Below, piece after piece: positions 9,112 through 17,522 of a stretch of DNA of 29,894 nucleotides (positions are counted from its first letter, which is position 1; each line of letters starts with the position of its first letter). The notes under the pieces were generated by a model that did not search any database, had not been told where the DNA came from, and worked only from the letters and a program-made list of their open reading frames with translations. The DNA comes from Promethearchaeota archaeon (lineage in GTDB: Archaea > Asgardarchaeota > Lokiarchaeia > Sigyniarchaeales > SOKP01). Both the position numbers and the translations under genes were made by a program. The DNA is taken from positions 1 through 29,894 of the forward strand of contig JAEOSU010000035.1 in the NCBI GenBank assembly GCA_016840165.1, written 5' to 3'.

Positions 9112-10146
9112 ATGTATCATCCAAGATTAAAAGGCCAGCATTATGAAATGGGTCGAAAGATGGGCAATATTTTTAAAAGATATAATGCAGATTTTCCGAT
9201 TAAGTTGGATCCATTTCAAACTGAATTTGGTAAGAAAAGTGGAAATTTATTAAAACAATATTTTCCCGAAGCAGTAGCAGAAATTAAAGGAGTTACCGAC
9301 GTGATAGAATATGATAATGAGGTCTTTACTTCTTGGATGATGTGTATGGGATGTTGTCATACTCTTAATGATGTCGATAACGTAGAAATAAGAGGATGTA
9401 CGGCATTTAGTTTTATAAATAATGGGGATGTGTTCTTTGGAAGGAATAACGACTTGCCTCCATTTTTAAAGAGAGTAAGCAAAAGTATATATTATCAGCC
9501 CAAAAACAAATTAAGATTTATTTTGAATACTTCATCCTTTATCAATGGAGAGGAAGGGATAAATGAGATGGGATTGGTTGTGGCAATGACGTTTGTCATT
9601 CCAAAACTGGAAGAAATAATGCCAGGTATTAATTCAGTATTTTTAGTTCGTTATATCTTAGAAAATTGTAAAACTGTTGATGAAGGTATTGAAGCTTTAA
9701 AAATGCTACCGATAGCATCAAGTTGCAACATACTCTTAACAGATAAAAAAGGTGATATGGTGGTAGCAGAATGTAACCCACTAGAAATACAAATAAGAGA
9801 GCCCGAACAAAACAAGGATGGCGAAGTTTTTATTGTCACTGTGAATCATTTTACCTCAAAAGCGATGTGGAAACATGATGCAAGTGATCGCAATGTGTAT
9901 TTATCAGAGGCTAGATATAATACGGCATCTGATGCTTTGAATAATGTTGATTGCAATGATGGTACCGAGCATGCTAAAGCTATACTGAGTGGAAAATTTG
10001 GATTCATGTGTCAATATGATAAAATACTAAATTTTGAAACGATTTGGTCTTCAATTTATGATATTTCTAATAGCAAAATTTACAGAGCTGAGGGAAACCC
10101 TCAAAAAGTCAAATACGTTAATGATAAAAGATTATTTACTATATAG
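9112..10146 (+). CDS. Ntn-hydrolase, peptidase C45 family (acyl-CoA:6-APA acyltransferase-like)
   Basis: GCTAF autocleavage/nucleophile Cys, FGRNND, EEGINEMGL, RYILENCKTVDE and VNHF motifs. Real start is probably ATG 9112 (MYHPRLKG); the longer ORF overlaps the divergent gene. Confidence 0.85.
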   Translation: MYHPRLKGQHYEMGRKMGNIFKRYNADFPIKLDPFQTEFGKKSGNLLKQYFPEAVAEIKGVTDVIEYDNEVFTSWMMCMGCCHTLNDVDNVEIRGCTAFSFINNGDVFFGRNNDLPPFLKRVSKSIYYQPKNKLRFILNTSSFINGEEGINEMGLVVAMTFVIPKLEEIMPGINSVFLVRYILENCKTVDEGIEALKMLPIASSCNILLTDKKGDMVVAECNPLEIQIREPEQNKDGEVFIVTVNHFTSKAMWKHDASDRNVYLSEARYNTASDALNNVDCNDGTEHAKAILSGKFGFMCQYDKILNFETIWSSIYDISNSKIYRAEGNPQKVKYVNDKRLFTI

Positions 10147-10161
10147 AGCGTTTATTTATGC

Positions 10162-10434
10162 TCATATTTTGTTATTATTTTCAGTAGTTTTATTCTTTTT
10201 CATTTCTGAATAACAGTTAAAGATACCATAACCATTCAAAGCTACATAACAACTGTTAATTATTCCAAGACTTATGACTCCAATTGAAAAGGTAAAAATC
10301 GCAATCAATAAATTAATAATAATTGCAATTATCCACCCTATTATTCTGAAGTTAGGTTGGCTTGCTTTCTTGCTTACAAAAAAATAGAAAGCGACAAATG
10401 ACAATATGGTAAATACCCATTCTATTAATTCCAC
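10162..10434 (-). CDS. Small three-helix membrane protein resembling one repeat of PnuC-type transporters
   Basis: 90 aa, GTG start, three hydrophobic segments with an EW...K...GW.....N......G......Y....YG pattern. Confidence 0.55.
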   Translation of the reverse strand: MELIEWVFTILSFVAFYFFVSKKASQPNFRIIGWIIAIIINLLIAIFTFSIGVISLGIINSCYVALNGYGIFNCYSEMKKNKTTENNNKI

Positions 10435-10456
10435 TTATATATCACTTATAATTTAA

Positions 10457-10545
10457 TTTTCATAAGATTCGAATTAAAAAATATTACTATATAATTTAAT
10501 CTGAAGCTAATATATAAATGTTTTCATAAAATTCGAACTAAAAAA
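10457..10545. promoter_or_regulatory. Two copies of a 25-bp box (23/25 identical), candidate operator sites
   Basis: TTTTCATAAGATTCGAATTAAAAAA at 10457-10481 and TTTTCATAAAATTCGAACTAAAAAA at 10521-10545, in the divergent promoter region next to an HTH regulator. Confidence 0.6.
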
Positions 10546-10576
10546 ATAAATACTTTAAACAATTATAATTATATTA

Positions 10577-11659
10577 ATGAGAAAAAAAAGCCCCCCATTC
10601 CTTTTTGAAGGAAGAATTCGAGATTTTGAGAAAGAAATTCTTAAAAGTCGGCTTGAAATTGCACGTTTTTCCTCCCTTTCAAATACTATGGGGAAAATTT
10701 TAGCTTACATATCATTGTATCAAAGATTAACTCAGAGTCAACTAAAATATTTAACGAAGTATTCAAAATCAACAATTTCTACTAGCTTAACCACTCTTAT
10801 TAAGATCTATTATGTAAGAAAAGAAAAAATTCAAGGATCCCGAGAATATGAATATTTCATTTCTCCTCCTTCAAGGATGTCTATAGATTTTGCATTAGGA
10901 AGCGTGCAAAAAGAAATTAGTTTTTTAAAAAATAAATTGAAAGAATTGAACAGTAAACAATTAGAAAGTAAAAAGGGTTATAAACTAGTATCAGTAAGAT
11001 TAAAACATCTTTTAGATGTGTTTGAATGTTACCAACAAATTGTAGTAACTCTAAAAAACACAGATACTAATATCGAGCTTAGTTTGAAAGAAAAACATAT
11101 AAAAAGTCTCTCATCGGAAGATTTTAATAATTTAGAATTAAATTTCGATCCAGAAATAAAAAAAATCGAAGAAAATTTACTTGATTTTTTTATGTATGAA
11201 TCTGCTTACTCAACTTTAGAAGAATTTACATTGAAGATTTATACAATATTTCTTATGAGAAAAATATTGACTCAAGAAAGAATAAGGGAGCTTACAGGAT
11301 TATCATTAGGAAAAGTATCACAAGTCGTGAATGCACTTACAAGAAATGGATTAATTAATAAAATTGATAAGATTCAATATCAAGACTATATACCTGAAGA
11401 GATTAAACGCCAAATAATTTATTCCATGGCATCGATTAAAGATGCATTTTTTATTTCAGGGATTAATTCCTTAGAAGACATGATAAAATGTGAAAAATTG
11501 ATGCTTAGTATTAAATCAGAATTGAATGATCATAAGGAATCCTTGGAAAAACTAAAAGGATATGACCAAGTTTTAACTTACGTTAAAAATTATTTGGCTA
11601 TAATACCCATCTATAAAAGAGCAGTTTCTTTATTTTCAAATCTTTTACATAAAGGATAG
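10577..11659 (+). CDS. Transcriptional regulator with two tandem winged-HTH (GbsR/MarR-like) modules
   Basis: Two repeats, LTQSQLKYLTKYSKSTISTSLTTL...GSREYEY and LTQERIRELTGLSLGKVSQVVNAL, each followed by a helical coiled segment with KGY. Confidence 0.8.
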   Translation: MRKKSPPFLFEGRIRDFEKEILKSRLEIARFSSLSNTMGKILAYISLYQRLTQSQLKYLTKYSKSTISTSLTTLIKIYYVRKEKIQGSREYEYFISPPSRMSIDFALGSVQKEISFLKNKLKELNSKQLESKKGYKLVSVRLKHLLDVFECYQQIVVTLKNTDTNIELSLKEKHIKSLSSEDFNNLELNFDPEIKKIEENLLDFFMYESAYSTLEEFTLKIYTIFLMRKILTQERIRELTGLSLGKVSQVVNALTRNGLINKIDKIQYQDYIPEEIKRQIIYSMASIKDAFFISGINSLEDMIKCEKLMLSIKSELNDHKESLEKLKGYDQVLTYVKNYLAIIPIYKRAVSLFSNLLHKG

Positions 11660-11715
11660 CTTTCCTTTTTTGATGATTTATAATTAATACAAAAATAATA
11701 TGAGGAAATATTTGA

Positions 11716-13059
11716 TTAAATTCGCCCAATTGCTTTAAAGGGTAATGATTTATTAAATAAATCAAAATCAAATATTCGCCTTCCGTCAATAACGTTCGGT
11801 GTCTTCATGTGCTTCTTAAAGTCATTAGGAGTTAATTCTTTAAATTCATCCCATTCTGTAATCAATAAAGCACATTCCGAGTCTCTTAATACGTCCTCTA
11901 AATTTTTAGCATACTTAATTTTCTCTCCTAATTCAATTTCAGCAGTGTGTCTAGCCTTTGGATCATATCCAACAATCTCTGTTACTCCACGTTTGAGCAG
12001 TTCATTTACGATGCGAATACTTGCAGCTTCTCGCATATCATCCGTTCCAGGTTTAAATGCTAACCCCAATAATGAAATTTTCTTTTTCTTAAGATCACCA
12101 GCTAATTCTTCCGCCATGTCTACCATCATAATTGCTTGATCGTCATTAATATCCAAAACAGCTTCTAATAATCTTGATTTATATCCTTTCGATTTTGACC
12201 ATGCTTTTATTGCGTTTACATCCTTATGAAAACATGAACCTCCGAATCCAGCTCCTGCACCAAGGAATCGCGGATTAATCCTATAATCCAGTCCAACCCC
12301 TTTCATAACCTCCACCACATCCACATTTGGAACTAATTGAGCGAAGTTAGCAAACTCATTTGCATAACTAATTTTAGTAGAAAGTAAGCAATTATTTCCA
12401 TATTTAACCAACTCTGCAGATTCAAGGTTCATTCGAAGGATAGGGCAATTTTTAAGATGATCGCCATAGAAATATTCATAGAATTCTTGGAGCATACTTC
12501 CACTCTTCTCATCGAATTGTCCGATTACTAATCTGTCTGGATGCAAAGTATCTTCAATACTCCTTCCTTCAGCTAAGAACTCAGGTTGCATACATAACCC
12601 CAAATCTTTACCTGGCTCCTTTCCAGAAATTTCGGTAACAATTTTGCCTACTAATCCTCGTGTAGTGCCTGGTACAACAGTTGATCTAACCACAACTAAG
12701 TGATATTGATCTTTCTCCTTTAAAGCTTTACCAATTTCTGTTGCAGTACTCTCAATAAAGCTTAAATCGATACTTTTGTCTTCTCTCATCGGGGTGCCTT
12801 GAGTGATCATCGATATATCAGTTTCTCTTATTGCTTTAACAGGATCTGTTATACATTGGAAAATATTAGTAGTCTTTAAACGATCCATTATTTCTTGAAG
12901 TCCTTTTTCATAAAAAGGAGCTATACCATCATTAATCTGTTCTGCTTTTTTTTGATTATGAGTAGAAGCAATAACTTTAATATCCCTATCTGCAAAGCAA
13001 ACTGCTGAGCATAATCCAATAAATCCCGTTCCTAGTATTGACACTTTATATTTATACAT
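11716..13059 (-). CDS. ugd: UDP-glucose/GDP-mannose 6-dehydrogenase family protein
   Basis: GTGFIG Rossmann motif, RSTVVPGTT, PEFLAEG, SAELVKY, catalytic GFGGSCFHKD, GLAFKPGTDDMRE and DGRR. Confidence 0.93.
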   Translation of the reverse strand: MYKYKVSILGTGFIGLCSAVCFADRDIKVIASTHNQKKAEQINDGIAPFYEKGLQEIMDRLKTTNIFQCITDPVKAIRETDISMITQGTPMREDKSIDLSFIESTATEIGKALKEKDQYHLVVVRSTVVPGTTRGLVGKIVTEISGKEPGKDLGLCMQPEFLAEGRSIEDTLHPDRLVIGQFDEKSGSMLQEFYEYFYGDHLKNCPILRMNLESAELVKYGNNCLLSTKISYANEFANFAQLVPNVDVVEVMKGVGLDYRINPRFLGAGAGFGGSCFHKDVNAIKAWSKSKGYKSRLLEAVLDINDDQAIMMVDMAEELAGDLKKKKISLLGLAFKPGTDDMREAASIRIVNELLKRGVTEIVGYDPKARHTAEIELGEKIKYAKNLEDVLRDSECALLITEWDEFKELTPNDFKKHMKTPNVIDGRRIFDFDLFNKSLPFKAIGRI

Positions 13060-13257
13060 TTTAAAATTCTTTTTCCCATTTTCGATGATGAAATCATATA
13101 TAAAATATCAATTAAAGCTTGCGATGATTTTCAAATAAATTTAAAATAAAGTGAATCTAGTATTAAATTTAAGGTTTCTATTTGAAATGTTGATTCATGG
13201 GAATAACATGGGTAAATAGTTTCAAATCCTAATCAAATTATTAAGGTAAATAAAAAA

Positions 13258-14544
13258 ATGAAAGATTTGAGAGAAAAATTAAAAATACCGGACAAAGCAA
13301 TCAAATCAATTAACGAATTTATTTTAGATGGTAAGAATCCCTTGATCAATGAACTTATGGAATTGATCGAAAAATATGGTGGCGTGGAAGAAATTAATCG
13401 GAAAGCAGAAGAAGCAGGTAAGCTTGATAATCTGATGCAAAGACTTGAGAAAAAGCAGCCAAGTTATGTGAAAGATCTTGAATGGTTGATAAAGCAACGA
13501 GATGATCATAAATTTATTAGTGTAGCTGATTATCGACGCAAAATTTTAGGCGATAAAGTTGAACATATGAAATTTAATGAAGACTTCGCTGTCACGTTAG
13601 AACTCTCAGCCTGCCAGTATTTTCCGTTCTTCATTGATATAGCAAGAGATGCGATTGAAACCCAACAATTAGTTCCAGGGAGAATAATTCGAGTCCGAAA
13701 GATGAAAGAACAAGAGGAAGATGGAGATTTGCTTGCTATGGCAGCAGCGATGCAAATTATCGGAGTTAGCTGGGTAGAAACGCTTGATACCAAAGGTACT
13801 ACCCCCGGACCAGATGGAATGCCTGTAAATGTGCATCTTGGTGGTCCCGAAACAATTACTGGATATTTTGGGGGAGTAGGACAACCTAATGACTTTGCGC
13901 TAAAGTGGATTGACGAATATTTATATTATTATACAAATTATGGAATAAAGCAAGTCCTCAATGTGAATCCAGGCACAGTTTTACTTGGATATTTCATTCA
14001 TAAGTTGGGGATAAATAATGAATTTAAAATAAGTGTTTACATGGGTAATGATAATCCCTATGCATGCTTATGGACGTTATTAACTGCGAAATTATTTGCA
14101 CGAGAAGATGGAACAAGTCCTCTCATTGGTTTTAATTTAGCCAATTCTGTTAACAATCAAACAATTGAACTTTCTGCCTATATTCGAAAGAAATTTGGCT
14201 TTGAAGACGTAGTTCGCCTTGAGCATCATATCGTAGAGACTTGGAAATCAATAGTTAGACAACCCTATGATCGAAGGGACGACTTAATCGAGTTAGCTAA
14301 AAAAGTAAAAAATGTAAGTGCAAAACATGAAGGTGGCGATGTTGAGGTAGAAAAGACTCGAGAACACCCATCTGATATATTGGAATACTTTATGACGAAA
14401 GAAGAAATTAAGAATCAAGGATTATGGGAATATCATCGGATAACTCATTTAGATAGATATAGAGCAGTGAATTCCACCGCAAAAGCATTAACCAAAAATG
14501 GATTAGCATTTATCGCTGCTCGAAAATTACATCACATAAAATAA
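13258..14544 (+). CDS. Uncharacterised 428-aa soluble protein, probably an enzyme, co-transcribed with the aldolase-Fae fusion
   Basis: Long ORF with normal protein composition and enzyme-like Gly/His/Asp-rich segments (ETLDTKG, NVHLGGPETITGYFGGVGQPN, RLEHHI, SAKHEGG, HPSDIL). No family confidently recognised. Confidence 0.85.
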   Translation: MKDLREKLKIPDKAIKSINEFILDGKNPLINELMELIEKYGGVEEINRKAEEAGKLDNLMQRLEKKQPSYVKDLEWLIKQRDDHKFISVADYRRKILGDKVEHMKFNEDFAVTLELSACQYFPFFIDIARDAIETQQLVPGRIIRVRKMKEQEEDGDLLAMAAAMQIIGVSWVETLDTKGTTPGPDGMPVNVHLGGPETITGYFGGVGQPNDFALKWIDEYLYYYTNYGIKQVLNVNPGTVLLGYFIHKLGINNEFKISVYMGNDNPYACLWTLLTAKLFAREDGTSPLIGFNLANSVNNQTIELSAYIRKKFGFEDVVRLEHHIVETWKSIVRQPYDRRDDLIELAKKVKNVSAKHEGGDVEVEKTREHPSDILEYFMTKEEIKNQGLWEYHRITHLDRYRAVNSTAKALTKNGLAFIAARKLHHIK

Positions 14545-14562
14545 AAAAGTAAGGTGAAATGA

Positions 14563-16050
14563 ATGGGAAAGTTTGATTTTAGACTTAAAGGTGTTTCCGT
14601 TGCGATGGTGACACCGTTTAATGAAGATGAGTCAATTAACGAAGACCAACTTAGAAATCTTGTTAATTTTCTTATTGATAAAGGGGTAAATGGACTGGTT
14701 CCCGTTGGTACTACCGGAGAATTTGTCAATATGACCTTTGAAGAACGATTAAGAGTTATTGAAGTCGTTATTGACGAAGCCAAGGGTCGAGTGCCAGTTA
14801 TTGCGGGTACTGGTGAATCTGGAACAAAAATGGTCATAGATGCCACAAATGCAGCAACAGATTTAGGTGCTGATGCGGTATTAATAGTCACACCCTATTA
14901 TCTTAAGCCAAAAGCCAAGGGACTATATGATCATTATTATTATATTTGTAAAAATACTGATATTCCTATTATTATGTACAATATTCCCGTCTGTACAGGA
15001 ATAGAATTGCCATGGACGGTTGTAGAAGATCTTGTGGATATTGAAAATATAGTTGGGATTAAAGATTCGAGTGGTGATTATAAATATTTTTCAGCTCTAT
15101 TAGAAAAAGTAAGCGATAAGATATCGGTATTAATCGGATGGGATGAAAATGTGCTCGGTGCATTGGCAGGGGGAGCTGCAGGATGCATATTAGGTTCTGC
15201 AAATGTCATTCCTCGATTTTGGCTGGAAATATATGATCATGTAAAAAATAATCGACTTAAAGAGGCTCAAGAAACTCAAAAAAAAGTACAAAAAATAGCA
15301 CGAATGTTAATAAACTCAGGAGCTTTAGGAGCAAAAGAATGTTTAAATATAATGGGAGTGCCTGTTGGCATCACCCGTCGGCCAATAATACTTGGAGATT
15401 CTCTTTCGTATGAATTACGAGATGAATTTAGGGTCGAGCTTGAAAAATTGGGTCTAATTGAAAAGAAAGAAGTTAAATTCGAAATTGGAGAGAAGGAATT
15501 AACTAGCAGATTTTATGCGGTGGGTGTTACACCCGAAAAAATCACTGATTTTAAGCTAAAAGTAGGTGAATCGCTTGTGGGAAATCGAGCAGAACTAGCT
15601 CATATTGACCTTTTAATTGGTGATAAAAATGGACCTGTAGGAGAGGCCTATGCGAAAGCGTTAACCCATCCTGCGAAAGGAAGAGAAGGTCTACAGGTGA
15701 TATTAGAACCAAATATGCAAGTTAAGCCTCCTACCGTTATGATTCCGACCGTAAAAATATCTTCCTTGCGTCATGCAAGCTTAACTTATGGACCTGCACA
15801 AGCAGCCATCGCTAAAGCAGTTGTTCAATGCGTCGAAGATGGAATTCTACCAAAAGAAATGGCAGAAGAGATTGTTCTTATCGTCAATGTGTTTGTACAC
15901 CCTAGTGCTAGTGCGAGAAAAAGGGTATTTATTAATAATTATAAAGCTACTCGAAACGCGATTCGAAAAGCAATGGAAGGGTTGCCCACCATAGAAGATA
16001 ATATCCGGAATGCAGAAAATGCTCGTCATCCTTTACGGAATGATCCATAA
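14563..16050 (+). CDS. Fusion of a DapA/NanA-family class I aldolase (aa ~1-300) and formaldehyde-activating enzyme Fae (aa ~332-495)
   Basis: N-terminal VTPF, GTTGE, TPYY, YNIP and Schiff-base GIKDSSG motifs. C-terminal VGESLVG..ELAHIDLLIG, PN..VKPPT, GPAQAAIAKAV, VFVHP, NYKAT..AI..A and HP motifs of Fae. RBS AAGGTGA upstream. Confidence 0.92.
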   Translation: MGKFDFRLKGVSVAMVTPFNEDESINEDQLRNLVNFLIDKGVNGLVPVGTTGEFVNMTFEERLRVIEVVIDEAKGRVPVIAGTGESGTKMVIDATNAATDLGADAVLIVTPYYLKPKAKGLYDHYYYICKNTDIPIIMYNIPVCTGIELPWTVVEDLVDIENIVGIKDSSGDYKYFSALLEKVSDKISVLIGWDENVLGALAGGAAGCILGSANVIPRFWLEIYDHVKNNRLKEAQETQKKVQKIARMLINSGALGAKECLNIMGVPVGITRRPIILGDSLSYELRDEFRVELEKLGLIEKKEVKFEIGEKELTSRFYAVGVTPEKITDFKLKVGESLVGNRAELAHIDLLIGDKNGPVGEAYAKALTHPAKGREGLQVILEPNMQVKPPTVMIPTVKISSLRHASLTYGPAQAAIAKAVVQCVEDGILPKEMAEEIVLIVNVFVHPSASARKRVFINNYKATRNAIRKAMEGLPTIEDNIRNAENARHPLRNDP

Positions 16051-16118
16051 GGATGATTTATAATAAAATATATTTCTAATACAAATTTTTCTTTTTCTTT
16101 ATCTATTAATGGAACATC

Positions 16119-16715
16119 CTAAGGTTTTTTGGTCTTTATTATAATTGATTTAATTCCAAAAAAGATTAAGATTACGCTTAATAATGCCCAGAATGCAATT
16201 AAAATTATTGGTTGATTCGGATCAATTGTGAATAGAAGAATAAATGCGATTAAGTTAATAATACCAACCGAAATAGAAACAATCCCTAAAATCTGACCAG
16301 ATTTTTTTTTAGATTTTATTCCTTGTAGATATTTTTCATCTATAAAAAGTATAACTCCGTCAATTATAAAAAAAACTCCAACTAATACCATTGGTACCAA
16401 AACTATGATATTAATCAATCCTAGTCCTGTGAGACGGAAATCTAACATTGTATAAAGAGCAGTTAAAATTGAAGCAATTCCATTGAGTATCAGAAGTAAA
16501 CCTTTTAATTTTGCATTTATAGTTTTTTGAGAGACCATGATAATCGCTAGAGTTATTGAACTTATACTAAAAATAAATAAAGGGATTGACAAGACAATAA
16601 GTAATGCATTTGATAAATTAAAGGTGACAAACATACTCCAAATCGTCATCAAGGAAATAATAAGCAAAGTTATTCCAAGTACTAACAAAATCAAGCCATA
16701 ACTTTTATTATCCAA
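16119..16715 (-). CDS. Integral membrane protein with about 6 TM helices, function unknown
   Basis: 198 aa, almost entirely hydrophobic helices in three hairpin-like pairs; TTG start with GGTG upstream. Confidence 0.7.
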   Translation of the reverse strand: MDNKSYGLILLVLGITLLIISLMTIWSMFVTFNLSNALLIVLSIPLFIFSISSITLAIIMVSQKTINAKLKGLLLILNGIASILTALYTMLDFRLTGLGLINIIVLVPMVLVGVFFIIDGVILFIDEKYLQGIKSKKKSGQILGIVSISVGIINLIAFILLFTIDPNQPIILIAFWALLSVILIFFGIKSIIIKTKKP

Positions 16716-16924
16716 TTTTTCGCACCATTCATTGGTATTCTGATTTATGTAATATCTAATTTATAATGCTAATTTATAATTTTTTGATTATTTATTTTTT
16801 ATCAAAAATTATGATCAAATTCTATTGAATTCTAACTCCTAATGCGCAATTATTAATAATCAATAATATCAAGTTTAATATTTTCAAGATCTCTCTATCT
16901 ATTATAATAAAAAAGGTATCAATA

Positions 16925-17407
16925 ATGCCAGCAAAAAAAGTAGAGTTAAAAATTGGTGATACTGCTCCAGATTTCTGTCTTCCTGATAAAGATAATAAGG
17001 AAGTATGTTTAAAGGATTTTAAAGACAGGTATACAATAGTATATTTTTATCCGAAAGATAATTCACCAGGATGTACCACTGAAGCAATAGGATTTACTGG
17101 TATACTTCCAGATTTACAGAAATTAGATGCAACTGTGGTTGGAATAAGCCCAGATAGCCCTGAATCTCATAGAAAATTCGCTGAAAAGAAAAACTTGAAA
17201 GTGACATTGTTAAGTGATTCTGAAAAAGAAGTTCTTAAGAAATATGGCGCTTGGGGTTTAAAGAAATTTCGAGGAAAGACTTATATGGGAGTAATTCGAA
17301 GCACATTTTTAGTTGATCCGAAGGGAAAAATAGCACACATTTGGCCAAAAGTAAGTGTTAAAGGACACGCAGAAGAGGTCAAATCGTTATTAACAGATTT
17401 ACAGTAA
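16925..17407 (+). CDS. bcp: Peroxiredoxin, BCP/PrxQ family
   Basis: GDTAPDF, YFYPKDNSPGCTTEA, VVGISPDSPESH and RSTFLVDPKG motifs. Confidence 0.93.
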   Translation: MPAKKVELKIGDTAPDFCLPDKDNKEVCLKDFKDRYTIVYFYPKDNSPGCTTEAIGFTGILPDLQKLDATVVGISPDSPESHRKFAEKKNLKVTLLSDSEKEVLKKYGAWGLKKFRGKTYMGVIRSTFLVDPKGKIAHIWPKVSVKGHAEEVKSLLTDLQ

Positions 17408-17522
17408 AATTAACTTTTTTATAATTATCTTATTTTTTTGAAAGAAATGGATTGGAGGCAAATAATACAACAGTTTTCTAATCCGATTACCTAAAAAAAT
17501 CCAATAATAAGGTGTAAATCAA

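Noticed and set aside
10457-10545. Mini CRISPR array (two 25-bp repeats with a 39-bp spacer)
   Set aside because: Only two imperfect AT-rich copies, no cas genes, and a position in a divergent promoter that fits operator sites better.
14563-15460. Plain annotation as dihydrodipicolinate synthase (dapA)
   Set aside because: The Arg138-equivalent is Cys, GDD is GWD, there are no lysine-pathway neighbours and the domain is fused to Fae; the gene symbol was withheld.
16925-17407. Bcp lacking the CxxxxC resolving cysteine and carrying two N-terminal cysteines
   Set aside because: Such variants are common in the BCP/PrxQ family, so this is not notable alone.
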